From positions 874,416 to 938,415 of the forward strand of contig NMRA01000048.1 in the NCBI GenBank assembly GCA_002633005.1: a stretch of 64,000 nucleotides of DNA, in the 5' to 3' direction. Below, piece by piece: positions 51,683 through 64,000 of this stretch; within the stretch, counting starts at the first letter, position 1, and the number at the start of each line of letters is the position of its first letter. The notes beneath the pieces were generated by a model. It was not told the origin of the DNA, searched no databases, and was given only the letters and a program-made list of their open reading frames with translations. Both the position numbers and the translations under genes were made by a program. This DNA comes from Phoronis australis (taxonomy: Eukaryota; Animalia; Phoronida).

Positions 51683-54600
51683 TCATTTCTCAGTATAATC
51701 TTCCAAGACACCAGCCAAATGTTCATTTAACTTCTTGAATGTCTTGTTCCGTTTCCCGCCTTTTCTCCGTTTCTGAACAGGAGCGACTTTCTTTATGCCA
51801 AAGTCTTGCATGGAAGATATACCCTGCTTATTCAAATACTCGTCTATCTTATCCTCGTCTACACCGTCAACCGCAACACTCCTCCACAGTTTTTGCAGTT
51901 CTTCATCTACCGAAAACTGATGGCTTTGGTCATTATAAAACAGGACTTTCTTTTTGGTTGACGGTGTTGTTATCTCAACTGCATGCCCATGTTTTATTAA
52001 GCCTTCCACTCTTTTTTGGGCCTCAGGTAAAGACTCTTCAATATCCTCATAAGCGATACCTGAAAGACATAAAAACAAGATTCAATCTGTATGTAATTGT
52101 GTAGTTACAAAGCAGCGTGTTGACGTCGTATGTTAGTCACATCAGATTACAGGTAAGTCTAAAAAGATCTGTCTGCACGGCAAGTCCCTGGTTCAAATCC
52201 TGGTAGAGACAGGAATCTTCTCAAACTTTAGTATAGGTCACGTCATAATTCCCCCTTTAACAAGAAATGTCGACCTCATATTACAATAGCTCCTAATTAT
52301 ATAAATTCTAGTCATTTAAGGTGTGTAAAGAAAATGTACGAAGGTCCTTCATGCCATTTGATTTTTTACTATTAAGACAATTCGAGTGACGAAATTCGTT
52401 GATGCTAAAGAATTTTAAACATTCATAAATAAAAAACAAAAAATTTTCAATTCATTACCTGACTATCGTATATCTGGAAAACATTTGATGGAAGGAATTA
52501 TTTTTAACGTATCTGACATTATTCACGGGCTAATGAAATATTAAAATGTTAGAAAGAGAACGTGTTTTGAACAAAAGAACATCTAGCCTGTTCATAACTA
52601 TGAAAATGTTAACAAGTAATTAAACTCAATTACGTAAGCATTATTAGCAAGCGTTTAACGTACCTGACTGTGTTAGTGTTTTCGATGTTAACAGGTAGTA
52701 CTATTAACTATTACAGTACTTAAATTTGATTAACTATCGTCTTATTGACGTACTTGACACACAAGCACAAAGTATAAAACTTATTTAAAAGTACTGGACA
52801 TAAGCATAATAGGCTTACAGCTAACACAAATGTAATTGAATTTCTAACTTGCACTAGTCTACGTCAGAGTCAGAGTCAAGATAACAGTAATCCTCGTTAC
52901 GCAGTCTGAACTGCCGTCTGCTTCTGCTACAGGATGTGGGCTCTTCGATTTTACAAACAATCTGGTTCAGTTGACACTTGCTATGTTCTGGTTTTTCTGG
53001 CCACCGGAATAATCTACAATCTCTTTTGCCCATCACTTCTTCTAAAAATGAAACTTCCACAATACCTCCGTCATTTCCTACAATTTTGCCAGAATAAACG
53101 GCATCGTCGCACTCGACAAGAGCAAAACTGTCAATCACTAGGATGTCAATTGTGTCGCTTTATCTGTGTTCTTCTACTTCTACATTTGTTTCCATTATTT
53201 TCACTCTTTCTCTCTTTCCTCGCTCTGATCATTTTCTTCTCTTTCTTTTCTTGGTGATTTCAGCTTTCCATTGTGCACATGGCTCTCTGCTCAAGCATTT
53301 CTTACAGTAACAAAATACTTCCCAGTTGAAAAGCTTGGTTCCTATTAGGAACAGAGCGTGTAACTTCATTGTTCCTGAAATTGTGTTTGGTTTTCTGGAC
53401 TCCATCCCCTTGCCGCTTTCCTCATACTCTGCTGCCTAATAAAATACATATTGGATGCTTTATGCGTTGCTGCTTGCCCATTGGAAAAAGTCCCTGTCGC
53501 GCCCCGAGTCTGAGGCCTGGCGTTTGGCAACCCCACCTAGGCCATCCAGGGCCCCTTACCATGGCCAGCTTCAAAGTAATTCCACCTGGCTTTTGCGTTG
53601 AAGATGTCTGTGTGATTATGGACAATCTCAATTTGTTTCTGTATTGGGAGGATGGACTGTTTGTCCAGTAGTTAATAACTTTCAGGTCAGGCAGCAAGAT
53701 TTTCAGTTCTGGCATAAGCTTCTTGAGGATTGTGTGTACAGCAGTGGAGTTATGGTTTGTTACATAGGCGGATGCCCCAAAAAATAAAACAGCAAGAGCG
53801 TAGGGAAATGTTGAGTTTATTAATTAACCCCGGTAATTAACATTATACGGCGGAAAAAAGATTGAAATGTGTGCAGTTTTAGTGTTTGGGGGGAGGGGGG
53901 TCTCAGATCCAATTTCAAGTGTCATATTCGGAACACGGCTAATAGTAACGGAACTATGGCTAAGTATAGGCTCTCCTGCGCACTATGACTCCCTTTCTCC
54001 GTCGTCTGCTTCACTGTGCAATGAAGAAAATTACTTCATTTTTTAAAGAAAATGGAATCTGAGTGACAATGAAAAAAACAGAAGCTGCTGATAAGATGTG
54101 AATTTTAATCGAAGCCTTAGTGAATCCCTCAGAAACTCACAATTCTCTCTTTGTCAAACCTTAAGACGATTTCCAAAGCAATCGCGTCATTAATGCCAAC
54201 ACAAAATAACGGATTTGGTCTTTTGGGCAATTGAAGACTATTTTAAATACAACAAATTTGTTAGGAACTGATTGCACAAAATATAAAAAGTGTAATAAAC
54301 ATTTCAAAAAGAAGTAGGTTTCGCGCGCAAACGCTGTGGACCATAAACAAGTAGGTCTCTTAGTATCAAATTACCAGCGAAATTCGTGGTGGTATAGTGG
54401 TAAAGCATGCGTGCTCTAAACGCCAGGTCGTGAGTTCGAGTCTGTGGTAATTGCAGTTTTTCAAGATTGACACGTTCTCCGTGTTTTTTATTTCTTTGCC
54501 TTTTTTTCTTGGATAATACTTCAGGAGTCAAGGAAAATGCTCGATTTTTAGACAAAAAACAGAAAAATTTTCCTGGGCGGGAGGGAAGCAAACCCCCCTC

Positions 54601-57549
54601 CTGACCTCCCCCCATTCGGTGCTATGCGCATCTACATTACAATCAGGCTTTGTGCAAATGTTTACAGACAAAATGTTGGCCCCCCATGTAATATCCTAGA
54701 TCCGCCACTGTGTTACCTCAGAAACAAAAATGGAAGTTCTTGTGTTACAGTACTTCCTTTCTATAGTATACGATGACAGGGTGGACAGTAACTGCTGTAC
54801 AGTTCCAGTAAGTGCTTTGTATTTCATCCGCATTGCTACATGTGAAGTTTTCTGCAAAATCCATGTGCACAAGCATTTCATTTTGTGGCAGATCAGCCTT
54901 TAGTTCTCAGATAGCCTAGTATTGAGTTTTAACTCTGGATACATGTTGCAAAAATTCTTTGTACTGATGTTGCATATGGGTTTTAAATTCGTCTTGTGCC
55001 AGGCTTGTCTTCGCTATGTTCATTTTCTTTTTTCCGTCTACTTCTACTCGTTTCCATTCTTCAAATTCCACATTGTCCTGCAAAGTGCCGTCTATCATTT
55101 CTCTCATTTTGTCTTCAATTACATTCTTGCTCACTGTTTCAGCGTTTGGCGAAATTTCAATCCCAAGAGACCACAGATATTTTAGCTTCATAGCGAAATT
55201 CTAATGTTTGCTACAGACAACTATTTCTAGTTATCAGTTTAGTGAGTAGAATGTATTTGGGACGAAGGCGGCAAAAGACAGCATCGGAAATTTTTATGTC
55301 TGGATTTTCTGATGTTAACTTTCCGTGTACGTAAGTTTGTCAAGTAATCACTTAGTACACGAGTTTGGTGTTTTTCACTCATGGTTCCAATTTCTGTTTT
55401 CTTGCAGTCATTCTTCCCAGGTATATTCACGCTGTTGTCATCTCTTTCCATGAAGTTGACTACACGTTTCTTGATCACTTCTCGACTTTCAGCAAATTTT
55501 CTCTTTCTGGACACAGCAATGGTTCTTTTTGTTCTAGCGCTTTTCAATACACTGCAGGCTAAGCCCGTTTCTTTGCTCATCATTTCAATAGATCTGTGTT
55601 TTCTTATAAAGCTCCCCCTGATGACATTTGCGATCACTCGCCCTTTCTTTTGCGTTGTTTTTCGCTTTTGACAATTTGATCTCAGCAATCATAGCGTTTG
55701 TCATAACTAGCTTTTTCTTAATGCTGTTAAAAAACTTTTCTGGGTGTAAGGCTTGTAAGCCCGAGTTTGCATATATCTGCATTTGACTTTGATTTTGGTG
55801 TGCCTTTTGTCTGTTCATTTGATATTGTACTTTGTTTGGCTGACTACTGGTTTGCTTTTGCAATTCTTTCATTTCGCTTTCAAAGCTTTTTGTTCTCTCT
55901 GGTGAGTTTGATTAATTTTTGTTCCAGAGTACTTATTCTGGCAGCTGTTCGTAGTGCTTTAGACCTTTTCTGTGATCTTTTTCTTAGTTCGAAGTTTAAT
56001 TTAACTATCATTGATTGGCACCCAGACACAGTTGTTGAACTTTCAAATGATGCTCCCTCACCACTGTTATCATTATTTTCTTGTTCATTTTATTTCGATT
56101 GTTGTGTACGTTTCTTAATGTTTTCCCAACTTTGTCTTTTAAAAGTTCTGTTTTCTCTCTTAATTCACACTGTTTTGCCTCAATTAGAGCAGTAATAGGA
56201 AGTTTGTACTGTTTGGTTCATTGCCTTTCCTTTTTTAGAAAATCTTTGTCATTCAATTTTTTCTCTATACTCTTTTTGGTACTGGGCCCTCATTTTGCCC
56301 ATCTGTGAGTATGTCAGGTACGTTAACAAACGAGTCATGTACGTTAGTTGGTGTTTACATATGTGTCACGTATTTATTTTTTATCAATTGGTGAAAATAT
56401 TTGTGTTGAAATAGCTAACAATTTGTCTTCATATTGGAATAATTTTGTAAACTTAAATGCTATTCTTACCTCGATTATGTTTGATTTATTTTTAGCGTGA
56501 GACGTTTAAAAGAAGACAACGCTTCCCGCGCAGTAATCAGGAATAGTAACATGCTTCCTACACGTGTAAACAATAGTGTGTATGCCTTTGCGCCTATTTT
56601 CAGCACAATGAAATGAGCGTAGGCGACTATAATGCATGTGACGCTTTGAATTCAATTGTTGTTCACGTCCTTGACTTTAATGTACTTGACGGTCACTTTT
56701 TATTTTTATATTTCTCAATCAACTGTTGTATGGTAAACATTTAGTTTACTGGCCGTGGCCAAAATGATACTCCTACATTTTCCTGAAGATTTTTGTGCTT
56801 TGACCACGAATTTCTTGCGAACTCAGTGAAGCAGGACACTGTAAATGGTATTGAGAGAAGGAACAATTCCTCATGGTTTGTTGAACATCTGTTTTCTGTA
56901 AATTTATTGAGCTTTGTGTTTGCTATGGACGGCTGAAGTGAAGCACCCATGGAATTTCTAGTTCAGAGTGTCATACCTTGTAGTATTATATAGTGTATTG
57001 TGGACGATCAGAAGCTGAGGATGCCTGTACACCGGAAGCACTTTCACAACAGTATATTGCATACATACCTCCCAAGCCTTGTTGATCAAATTTATCGAGA
57101 AGGCGCAATAAAGCCTTTCTACTTCGAATGTTGAACTTTGGCTTATAAGCAAACTTGTCACCATCAATAACTTCAATTTTCGGATTGTTCTGCAATGCCT
57201 CTGTCTTCAGCCAATGCCTTATTTTTCCAGAAACGTCCAACTGCTTGCTTTCATCGAGGATTTCTTCCATAGTTAGTTCATGGCAAAATCCTTGTTGGTG
57301 GCGTGTTTTCATGAAATTAACAATTTTTCTTAAAACACCAAATTTGTACTGGGAGCTTCCTTGATGTGTCTTGTAGTCGAACGAAACCAGCTTGTCTTGA
57401 GCTGGTTTTGGTTTATGAAAAGCCGACTTCGATTTCTTTTTATACAAAGAATCCTCTGTTTTTAGCTTTTTAGGCTTGGCTTCGACAGTTGGTTGAGCTA
57501 ACGCTCTTTTTTTGAAAAGCTCTCTTTCTTTTAAAAGCGCTGGGTCCAT
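51683..57549 (-). CDS. GTF2E2: General transcription factor IIE subunit 2 (TFIIE-beta), 285 aa, two exons
   Basis: Exon 57069-57549 ([64 protein letters not shown]) and exon 51683-52059 ([35 protein letters not shown]), joined by a phase-1 GT-AG intron. Confidence 0.97.
52500..56345 (-). mobile_element. Decayed Sola2-like DDD transposon in the GTF2E2 intron
   Basis: Fragmented minus-strand transposase 56303 to 52854: [36 protein letters not shown] (~54844-54861), [34 protein letters not shown] (~53520-53585), C-terminal FRWP domain. Multiple stops and frameshifts. Subterminal AACGTACCTGAC-like motifs occur at both ends; exact TIRs not resolved. Confidence 0.8.
53763..54710. mobile_element. 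~0.95-kb non-autonomous TIR element with 5-bp TSD (copy B), nested in the Sola2-like transposase
   Basis: Termini CATAGGCGGAT ... CTAGATCCGCCACTG. TSD TGTTA at 53758-53762 and 54711-54715. Removing it restores the transposase frame FVSEVT|NHNSTAV. Confidence 0.9.
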
Positions 57550-57999
57550 TTTGAGTCGTAGCAAGTCGATAAATCGTCGATATATGAAAAGTGAGCGATC
57601 CCTTTCTCGACTTATTTCACTGATAGGACGCAGACATATTTTTTCCAAAACGAGACAAGTTTTACGGAAGTTGTCGAGCCTTGGTCGGAGGAAGCCGCTT
57701 GATAAAACATGACCCACATCCGGGTGACCTCATACTTTCAAAATGGAGTTGAGTTGTTGCTAGTTGTCTGGGAATGCATACAAGAAAGATGAATTTTGTC
57801 ATGTCACCGTCATAGAGATAGCATTTGATTCACTTTTTGAGTCTGGAACTATTATTTAGATTCATCTTGTTCACGATTCATAAAATTTTTGGTTACAGAG
57901 AAAAATATCCACCCTTGTCAAGTTGACGTTGACAAGACTTTGCCACATAGTTTTCATTGGCAACCGGCGATTAAGCAAGAGTTCCTTGACTAGCGGTAG
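57550..57999. promoter_or_regulatory. Probable bidirectional GTF2E2/IFT140 promoter with RFX X-box-like site and IFT140 non-coding first exon
   Basis: GTTTTCATTGGCAAC at 57950-57964 resembles the X-box consensus. Donor-like GCG|GTAGGT or TAG|GTAAAT at 57996-58001 could pair with acceptor TTTTTCAG at 59939, just before the IFT140 ATG. Confidence 0.5.
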
Positions 58000-59674
58000 G
58001 TAAATATCAATGTTTTGCTGTATGAGTGAGCAGTGTTAAGTAGGTTGGGATACTTAATTGTACTTTTTGTCTGTGTTAATTAAAACCTTTGAGGGTCGCT
58101 TCAGGGTAAGACTGTTATTTTCAATGACAAGTTGTTATCAATTTATTATTTATGATTAGCTTCAAATGCCTGTCAGTGTCAGTGTCACTTGGTATTAGTT
58201 GGGTGGTGGGAAGTGATGCTGTCAGAGATTGACTGTGGGTTTGTTTAAAACGAAGCTATGCTTTGAGACAGTGCATAGATGGAGAGAGAGTGATTAAATC
58301 TAGTAATTGATTTAATATATGATAACCACTAATTAGACAAGTGAGACCCGCTGTTAATTAAGTAATCAACTACAAAGAGTAACTACCCTACCGCCCTGAA
58401 TGTCGATCTTCTTAATTTCAGCCCATATTATAATCTACTTATTTAGCAATTGGCTAATAAAAACCACATGATCTTATCAAATCATATCATCAATATCACA
58501 ATTTGCTCTCAGAAATTTCTACAATCTATAGAGTGATTTGACCCAGAACCAAAGTAGTAAACACCATATAAAAATAGATTTTGACGTTAAAATACATGTC
58601 AGCAAGTTTGACCCCATGGCCCATGATTTAAAAGTACATATGCACAAATTTTGGGCAACTTAAAATGGATCTATTCTTACTAATTACTTAATCAATATCT
58701 ATTCTGACATGCAAATTGGTACTTGATGAGAAAAGAAGTCACAAGCGTCAGCATCTGCTGTCACATATAAAATTCTGACACTAAGACATAAATCTGTAAT
58801 ACAACTCAATACAAACTAGCCAGCCTACTAGCTGTATGAAGACTGTCGTCAAAATACAGCTAGGTACCACTGTGTGTATTTCGGAAATTGCACACAGCCA
58901 GGGTAGTTGTGAAACTTGTATCAACATGTATAGCTAAAGACCGGACGTGGTGCATGCAAAATCTGGGAATCAACCGACACCTTGCCCGTTACAGCCGTTT
59001 AAGTGAAAAACAATGCAATAAACATCATTTTCTTGCGTAACTCTCCGCCTTTTCTAACAATGAAAAGTATGTCGTTGCTTTGAAAACGATACGGTCGTGT
59101 CACGCGCACGCGCCATTTCCTAAATTTTTGCGACATCTCTCGGGAGATGATGATGGCTTGGCAGCAGCAAAATTTCTTCTGAAATTCGGTTTTCGGTATC
59201 AAAATTCTGAAAACTTATAATGAAGTGAAACCAGTTCCGATAATTTGTTGTGACATGTACGCAACCTCGTGAAAGAAGAACAGTTGATTTAAGAATCGGA
59301 GAAAAAAGGAACTGACCAATAGGTGACGCAATATTTCATGGCGCTGAAAGCCGTCACTAAAGATTGCTTCACAACTTTAGCAGCAGAATAACGGTAGAAC
59401 GCCATTTTTTTCCAAAGCATTTAAATAATTTAGTTTACTCAAGGAAGACTGTAGTTTTTAATGACACTAATTTCGTGTCAGATTTTATCTTACCACTTTT
59501 TTACCCACATCGGTGCAAATCTGTATATTTATGAACAGCTTTGTACCAAGGCTAAATACAAACATGGAGTCGTCAGCAACCTGCGATATGTCAATAGTGG
59601 GGTAAAAGTTGGCAATACTTCCTTTTGGTGGTTTCAGACACTGATTTTGAGAACGAGACAAACTTCTGATATTT

Positions 59675-59760
59675 AATTAATTAATCTGGTTCTGATAATT
59701 AATTAATGAATCTGGTTCTGATAATTAATTAATGAATCTGGTTCTGATAATCAGGAACCA
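59675..59760. repeat. 26-bp tandem repeat (~3 copies) ending in a short palindrome
   Basis: AATTAATGAATCTGGTTCTGATAATT units, ending TGGTTCTGATAATCAGGAACCA. Confidence 0.8.
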
Positions 59761-59950
59761 CTAAAGTGATGAATGTGCTGAAATTTAAATAACATTTGAA
59801 TAAAATGAATCTGGCTTTTGCATTGGTATAGTCTTTGTCTTGAACATGGGTGCCAAATTTCTATTAACAAGGGCATGTATGCCAAGCTTGTGGGACACAA
59901 GCTTAACTGAATCAAAGCAATATTGATGTCATTTTTCAGAGTAGCCAGTC

Positions 59951-61881
59951 ATGGCTGTTTACTTCGACTTCAAGGTCCAAGCTGTCCAGCCAGGCACTAA
60001 CTCTGACGTCCAGTGGCATAGTACTCATGCTCTCTTGGCTGTAGCATCCTACAGTGAGACTACTGGTGGCTCTGTCAATTTGTATCTTGATGAGGTACTT
60101 TATATGTGTTCACTTGGTCAATCTTGTCTGGAAATAAGAAACCTTCAAATGAAGATGCTGGTAGTAACCCTGTTTTGTATAATGAGAAAAAAAGCAAACA
60201 AACGGGCATTTTGGAAATTGTTGATATTAGCACTTATCTTTTACATGGTTAAGACAAAATGAAGCAGAGGGACCTGGCCAATCTTTACAAAAATAAAATC
60301 TTATTTGTGAAATCCTGACTTTGTAATAGGTCAGATAGGTGGGTCCCTGATTTAAAACTGATTGGAGAACCAGTTAGTCCCACAGAATAACGGGGTTTAT
60401 TCACTGGGAATAACTGGTTCTTAAATCAAGGACCCAACAACCATATATCTGACTAGTAACATGCAAGGACATGAATTAGATTCAAGGACAAAATCATAGT
60501 GATCTTGTGTTACACTTGGATTGTATCAGTGTTTATATTTTGTCTGTCTTGGTCTTGTTTGTATGTTGTACATTAATATTAATCTTTTTGAGTTACCTGT
60601 TATGACACTTGGTACGCTTTGCTCTACCTATGATTGAAAAATAGCACTTTTGCCTACTTTACTCAATTGGCCTAAATATTTAATCTAGTCTAACCCTTTT
60701 TACCACAAATCATATTCTGAAATTTCCTTGGCAAAAGTTTCTTTAATCAGCAAAATTGTGGGTTTTCAACTTTTCGGATTTATCTATGTTTGACATCAAA
60801 TTTCAGTTCAATCCATGGTTGCCTCTCTCACTTTTGGGTTACTTCAACACACATTTAATCAATCTGAAACTCTTTGTGAATGTAATTCATTTCAACAAAA
60901 CCCTGTTTATAATTATCCAACTGTAGGGAGAACACATCCCAGATGCCGTCCTGCAGAGGTCTGTGACCCCTAGCGCCATCTCATGGCACCCGCAAAAGAA
61001 AGTACTGGCAACAGGATGGGAGAATGGAGAGCTACTAGTATGGAATGAACAAGATCACGAGCTGCATGAGGCTCCCAAGTTGCATACGGCGGCCATTACT
61101 ATCCTACACTGGAGCTCTAGGGGTACGAGACTGGTCAGTGGTGATGAGGTAAGACTACTGTGGTTTCTACAATTTTGATATCCACTTGAATTTAGAACCT
61201 TGGCCTTGAATGACTTGTTCTTGAATTAAATTCTTACCTTGAAGAGCCCTTGAATTTCAAGTTTGAAAAATATTTGATGTCAGCCGTTTTTCTTTATCTA
61301 TATTTCATTCTTTAAATGTGTAACATCAAGTTTTCCAATGTGATTCCTTCATTTTAACCATTTTCCCAGTTGTGAAAGGGGATTGGAGTTGTACTAAAGC
61401 AGTTTTCAATTTACATTGAGTATGCTTTGAACTATGTCGGGTTTTGTAATGAATTTCTTTGTAGTTGTAGATACTTTAAGTTTTCTTAAATTTTATTGAT
61501 GCAGACTGGTGTCATGCTTTCATAATTCTTCATCGGTTTAGCACACAATAGTTGTGATAAATGGGATTTTATTTTTTGAGAATTTTACCCTGTTTGTAGC
61601 ATGTTATATGCTCTTAAGCAGGGAAATCAGCCTTCAAAAGTAGGATAATACCAATGTTGACTAATATTTCCGTGCAAAATAACTTCGCCATTACCTTAAT
61701 TGCCACTATTTTTGTTTAGATTTACTATGTTAATAATTTTTGTTTTTTAGAATGGTCTTCTCATTGTGTGGAAGGCTGACCCCAGGGGCAGGGTCCAGCC
61801 AACCCCATTGTGCCAACACAGCTTGCAGAATGCCCTCACTCAAGTTGTTTTCAAACCAGCCCCAGCTGTCGACCCCGCCTA
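59951..61881 (+). CDS. IFT140: Intraflagellar transport protein 140 (IFT-A, WD40 N-terminus), first three coding exons; gene continues beyond the window
   Basis: Exons 59951-60094 (MAVYFDFKVQA..WHSTHALLAVAS..GSVNLYLDE), 60927-61148 (GEHIPD..SWHPQKKVLATGWENGE..HTAAITILHWSSRGTRLVSGDE) and 61751-61881 (NGLLIVWKADPRGRVQ..). Phases 0,0,2. Matches the known IFT140 N-terminus. Confidence 0.93.
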
Positions 61882-62412
61882 GTAAGTCAAAGAATTACAT
61901 TAGCAGACTGGTACTTGATCATTAAATTTCATTGAGATTATTGATTTTAAGTATGAAATTATGATGCTTCATTGGTGGTATTATATTCTCTTCAATATTG
62001 AAATTGCCCTGTTAAATGTAAGAGTTGTGAAGCTCATTTTCAAAGAAGAAACTCAATTGAATACATATGTACAATCTCACACAATTTCATTCATGAGTTG
62101 ATTCCAAAATGTAGAGGAAATTACTTGCCTTAGTGGTTTTGTCATGGAGTTAACTGTCAGGCCACACTGTCAGGCCACACTGACCTTGGAGATGTGGGTA
62201 TAAATTTTGATACAATCTCCCAGTCATGATGGAGAACAACTTAGCTGATGCGAAACTAGTCCTGTCAGACACATGCTTCTTTTCTGTTTTTGTTTGTGAA
62301 ATTAAAAAGTAATGCATTGCTAATTGCCTTTGCAAATGTATCAAAGGCAGAATTTGTGGTTCAATGAACATCTAGAAAGTGGTTTGAGAGTCATAGAAAT
62401 TTATTTTGTTTC

Positions 62413-62679
62413 CATGGTGGATACAGTAGATACACAATGTGTTTTCATGGTGGATACAGTAGATACACAATGTGTTTTCATGGTGGATACAGTAGATACA
62501 TACTGTGTTTTCATGGTGGATACAGTAGATACATACTGTGTTTTCATAGTGGATACAGTAGATACACAATGTGTTTTCATGGTGGATACGGTAGATACAC
62601 AATGTGTTTTCATGGTGGATACAGTAGATACATACTGTGTTTTCATGGTGGATACAGTAGATACATACTGTGTTTTCAT
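62413..62679. repeat. 33-bp minisatellite, 8+ copies, running into an assembly gap
   Basis: CATGGTGGATACAGTAGATACA(CAA/TAC)TGTGTTTT head-to-tail. Confidence 0.97.
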
Positions 62680-63173
62680 NNNNNNNNNNNNNNNNNNNNN
62701 NNNNNNNNNNNNNNNNNNNNNNNNNNNNNNNNNNNNNNNNNNNNNNNNNNNNNNNNNNNNNNNNNNNNNNNNNNNNNNNNNNNNNNNNNNNNNNNNNNNN
62801 NNNNNNNNNNNNNNNNNNNNNNNNNNNNNNNNNNNNNNNNNNNNNNNNNNNNNNNNNNNNNNNNNNNNNNNNNNNNNNNNNNNNNNNNNNNNNNNNNNNN
62901 NNNNNNNNNNNNNNNNNNNNNNNNNNNNNNNNNNNNNNNNNNNNNNNNNNNNNNNNNNNNNNNNNNNNNNNNNNNNNNNNNNNNNNNNNNNNNNNNNNNN
63001 NNNNNNNNNNNNNNNNNNNNNNNNNNNNNNNNNNNNNNNNNNNNNNNNNNNNNNNNNNNNNNNNNNNNNNNNNNNNNNNNNNNNNNNNNNNNNNNNNNNN
63101 NNNNNNNNNNNNNNNNNNNNNNNNNNNNNNNNNNNNNNNNNNNNNNNNNNNNNNNNNNNNNNNNNNNNNNNNN
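62680..63173. other. Assembly gap (494 N)
   Basis: Run of N. Confidence 1.
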
Positions 63174-63637
63174 TAACATTCACCATATCAGTACTCTCCG
63201 TAACATTCACCATATCAGTACTCTCCGTAACATTCACCATATCAGTACTCTCCGTAACATTCACCATATCAGTACTCTCCGTAACATTCACCATATCAGT
63301 ACTCTCCGTAACATTCACCATATCAGTACTCTCCGTAACATTCACCATATCAGTACTCTCCGTAACATTCACCATATCAGTACTCTCCGTAACATTCACC
63401 ATATCAGTACTCTCCGTAACATTCACCATATCAGTACTCTCCGTAACATTCACCATATCAGTACTCTCCGTAACATTCACCATATCAGTACTCTCCGTAA
63501 CATTCACCATATCAGTACTCTCCGTAACATTCACCATATCAGTACTCTCCGTAACATTCACCATATCAGTACTCTCCGTAACATTCACCATATCAGTACT
63601 CTCCGTAACATTCACCATATCAGTACTCTCCGTAACA
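63174..63637. repeat. 27-bp minisatellite, 17 identical copies
   Basis: TAACATTCACCATATCAGTACTCTCCG head-to-tail. Confidence 0.98.
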
Positions 63638-64000
63638 GAAAATTCAAACTTGACGGGAATTACGAAATTCATGAACATGTTTCGAAAGTCTGTGTACATG
63701 GCTGTGAGGGATGTGTATACAGCCCTGGAATTTAAAATGTCCTGTTTTGGTGAAGGAATAACTAACGTCCTGGGAGTGGCATTGTGTTTGGAACTCGACA
63801 CAGGTGAGCCAACATTGCAACAAAATCCGTACTCATTACTGTGGTGAGTCAAATAGGGTTGTGAAGATCACTGCGTTATTCAACTTGTCTCAACTTATTC
63901 CTTGAGTTAGAATTGACTTCTGGGCTTGGGAATAGCTGGCACACTATTTTGTTGCTTGAGGATTGGTGTATAAATTACTTGCTTGGTGATAGTCACTCAT

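Noticed and set aside
52170-52212. CCCTGGTTCAAATCCTGG tRNA T-arm-like sequence
   Set aside because: Only a B-box-like half; no A box or cloverleaf, so not called a tRNA.
57550-57717. N-terminal extension of GTF2E2 in ORF 56986-57717
   Set aside because: The conserved start MDPALL is at 57549; the upstream in-frame stretch is most likely 5' UTR or promoter.
62324-63852. Long ORFs (507, 483, 432 aa) and possible CRISPR-like array
   Set aside because: They are translations of head-to-tail 33-bp and 27-bp minisatellites plus N's. There are no unique spacers and no cas genes, and the context is a eukaryotic intron.

Overview
AT-rich, intron-containing metazoan genomic DNA, probably from a marine invertebrate; the organism cannot be fixed from sequence alone. 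In order along the window: (1) the last three exons of an arylsulfatase B/I/J-type gene (+). (2) An unusual gene (+) encoding five tandem Cys7-His zinc-finger-like repeats that resemble the SHI/STY (LRP1-type) and DUS1L C-terminal fingers, followed by an RNI-like LRR domain. (3) A ~29.5-kb, 23-exon minus-strand gene that I could splice by hand into one open frame of ~1395 aa: a type II membrane protein with a cytoplasmic FDNPIY motif, TM, SEA, Pro/Arg/Thr stalk, five Frizzled CRDs and seven LDLa repeats. It is corin/MFRP-like but stops after the fifth CRD with no protease domain. (4) A single-intron cytoplasmic-type actin (+) with CArG boxes on both sides. (5) GTF2E2 (-), whose single 5-kb intron holds a decayed Sola2-like transposon with a nested 5-bp-TSD MITE. 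(6) The 5' exons of IFT140 (+), head-to-head with GTF2E2. Introns carry Helentron-associated (HINE-like) elements with ~147-bp periodic CTCF-like motifs, RTE and L1/Tx1 LINE fragments, MITEs, and micro- and minisatellites. There is a 494-N gap near the end. All gene models are manual GT-AG/phase reconstructions with no expression evidence.
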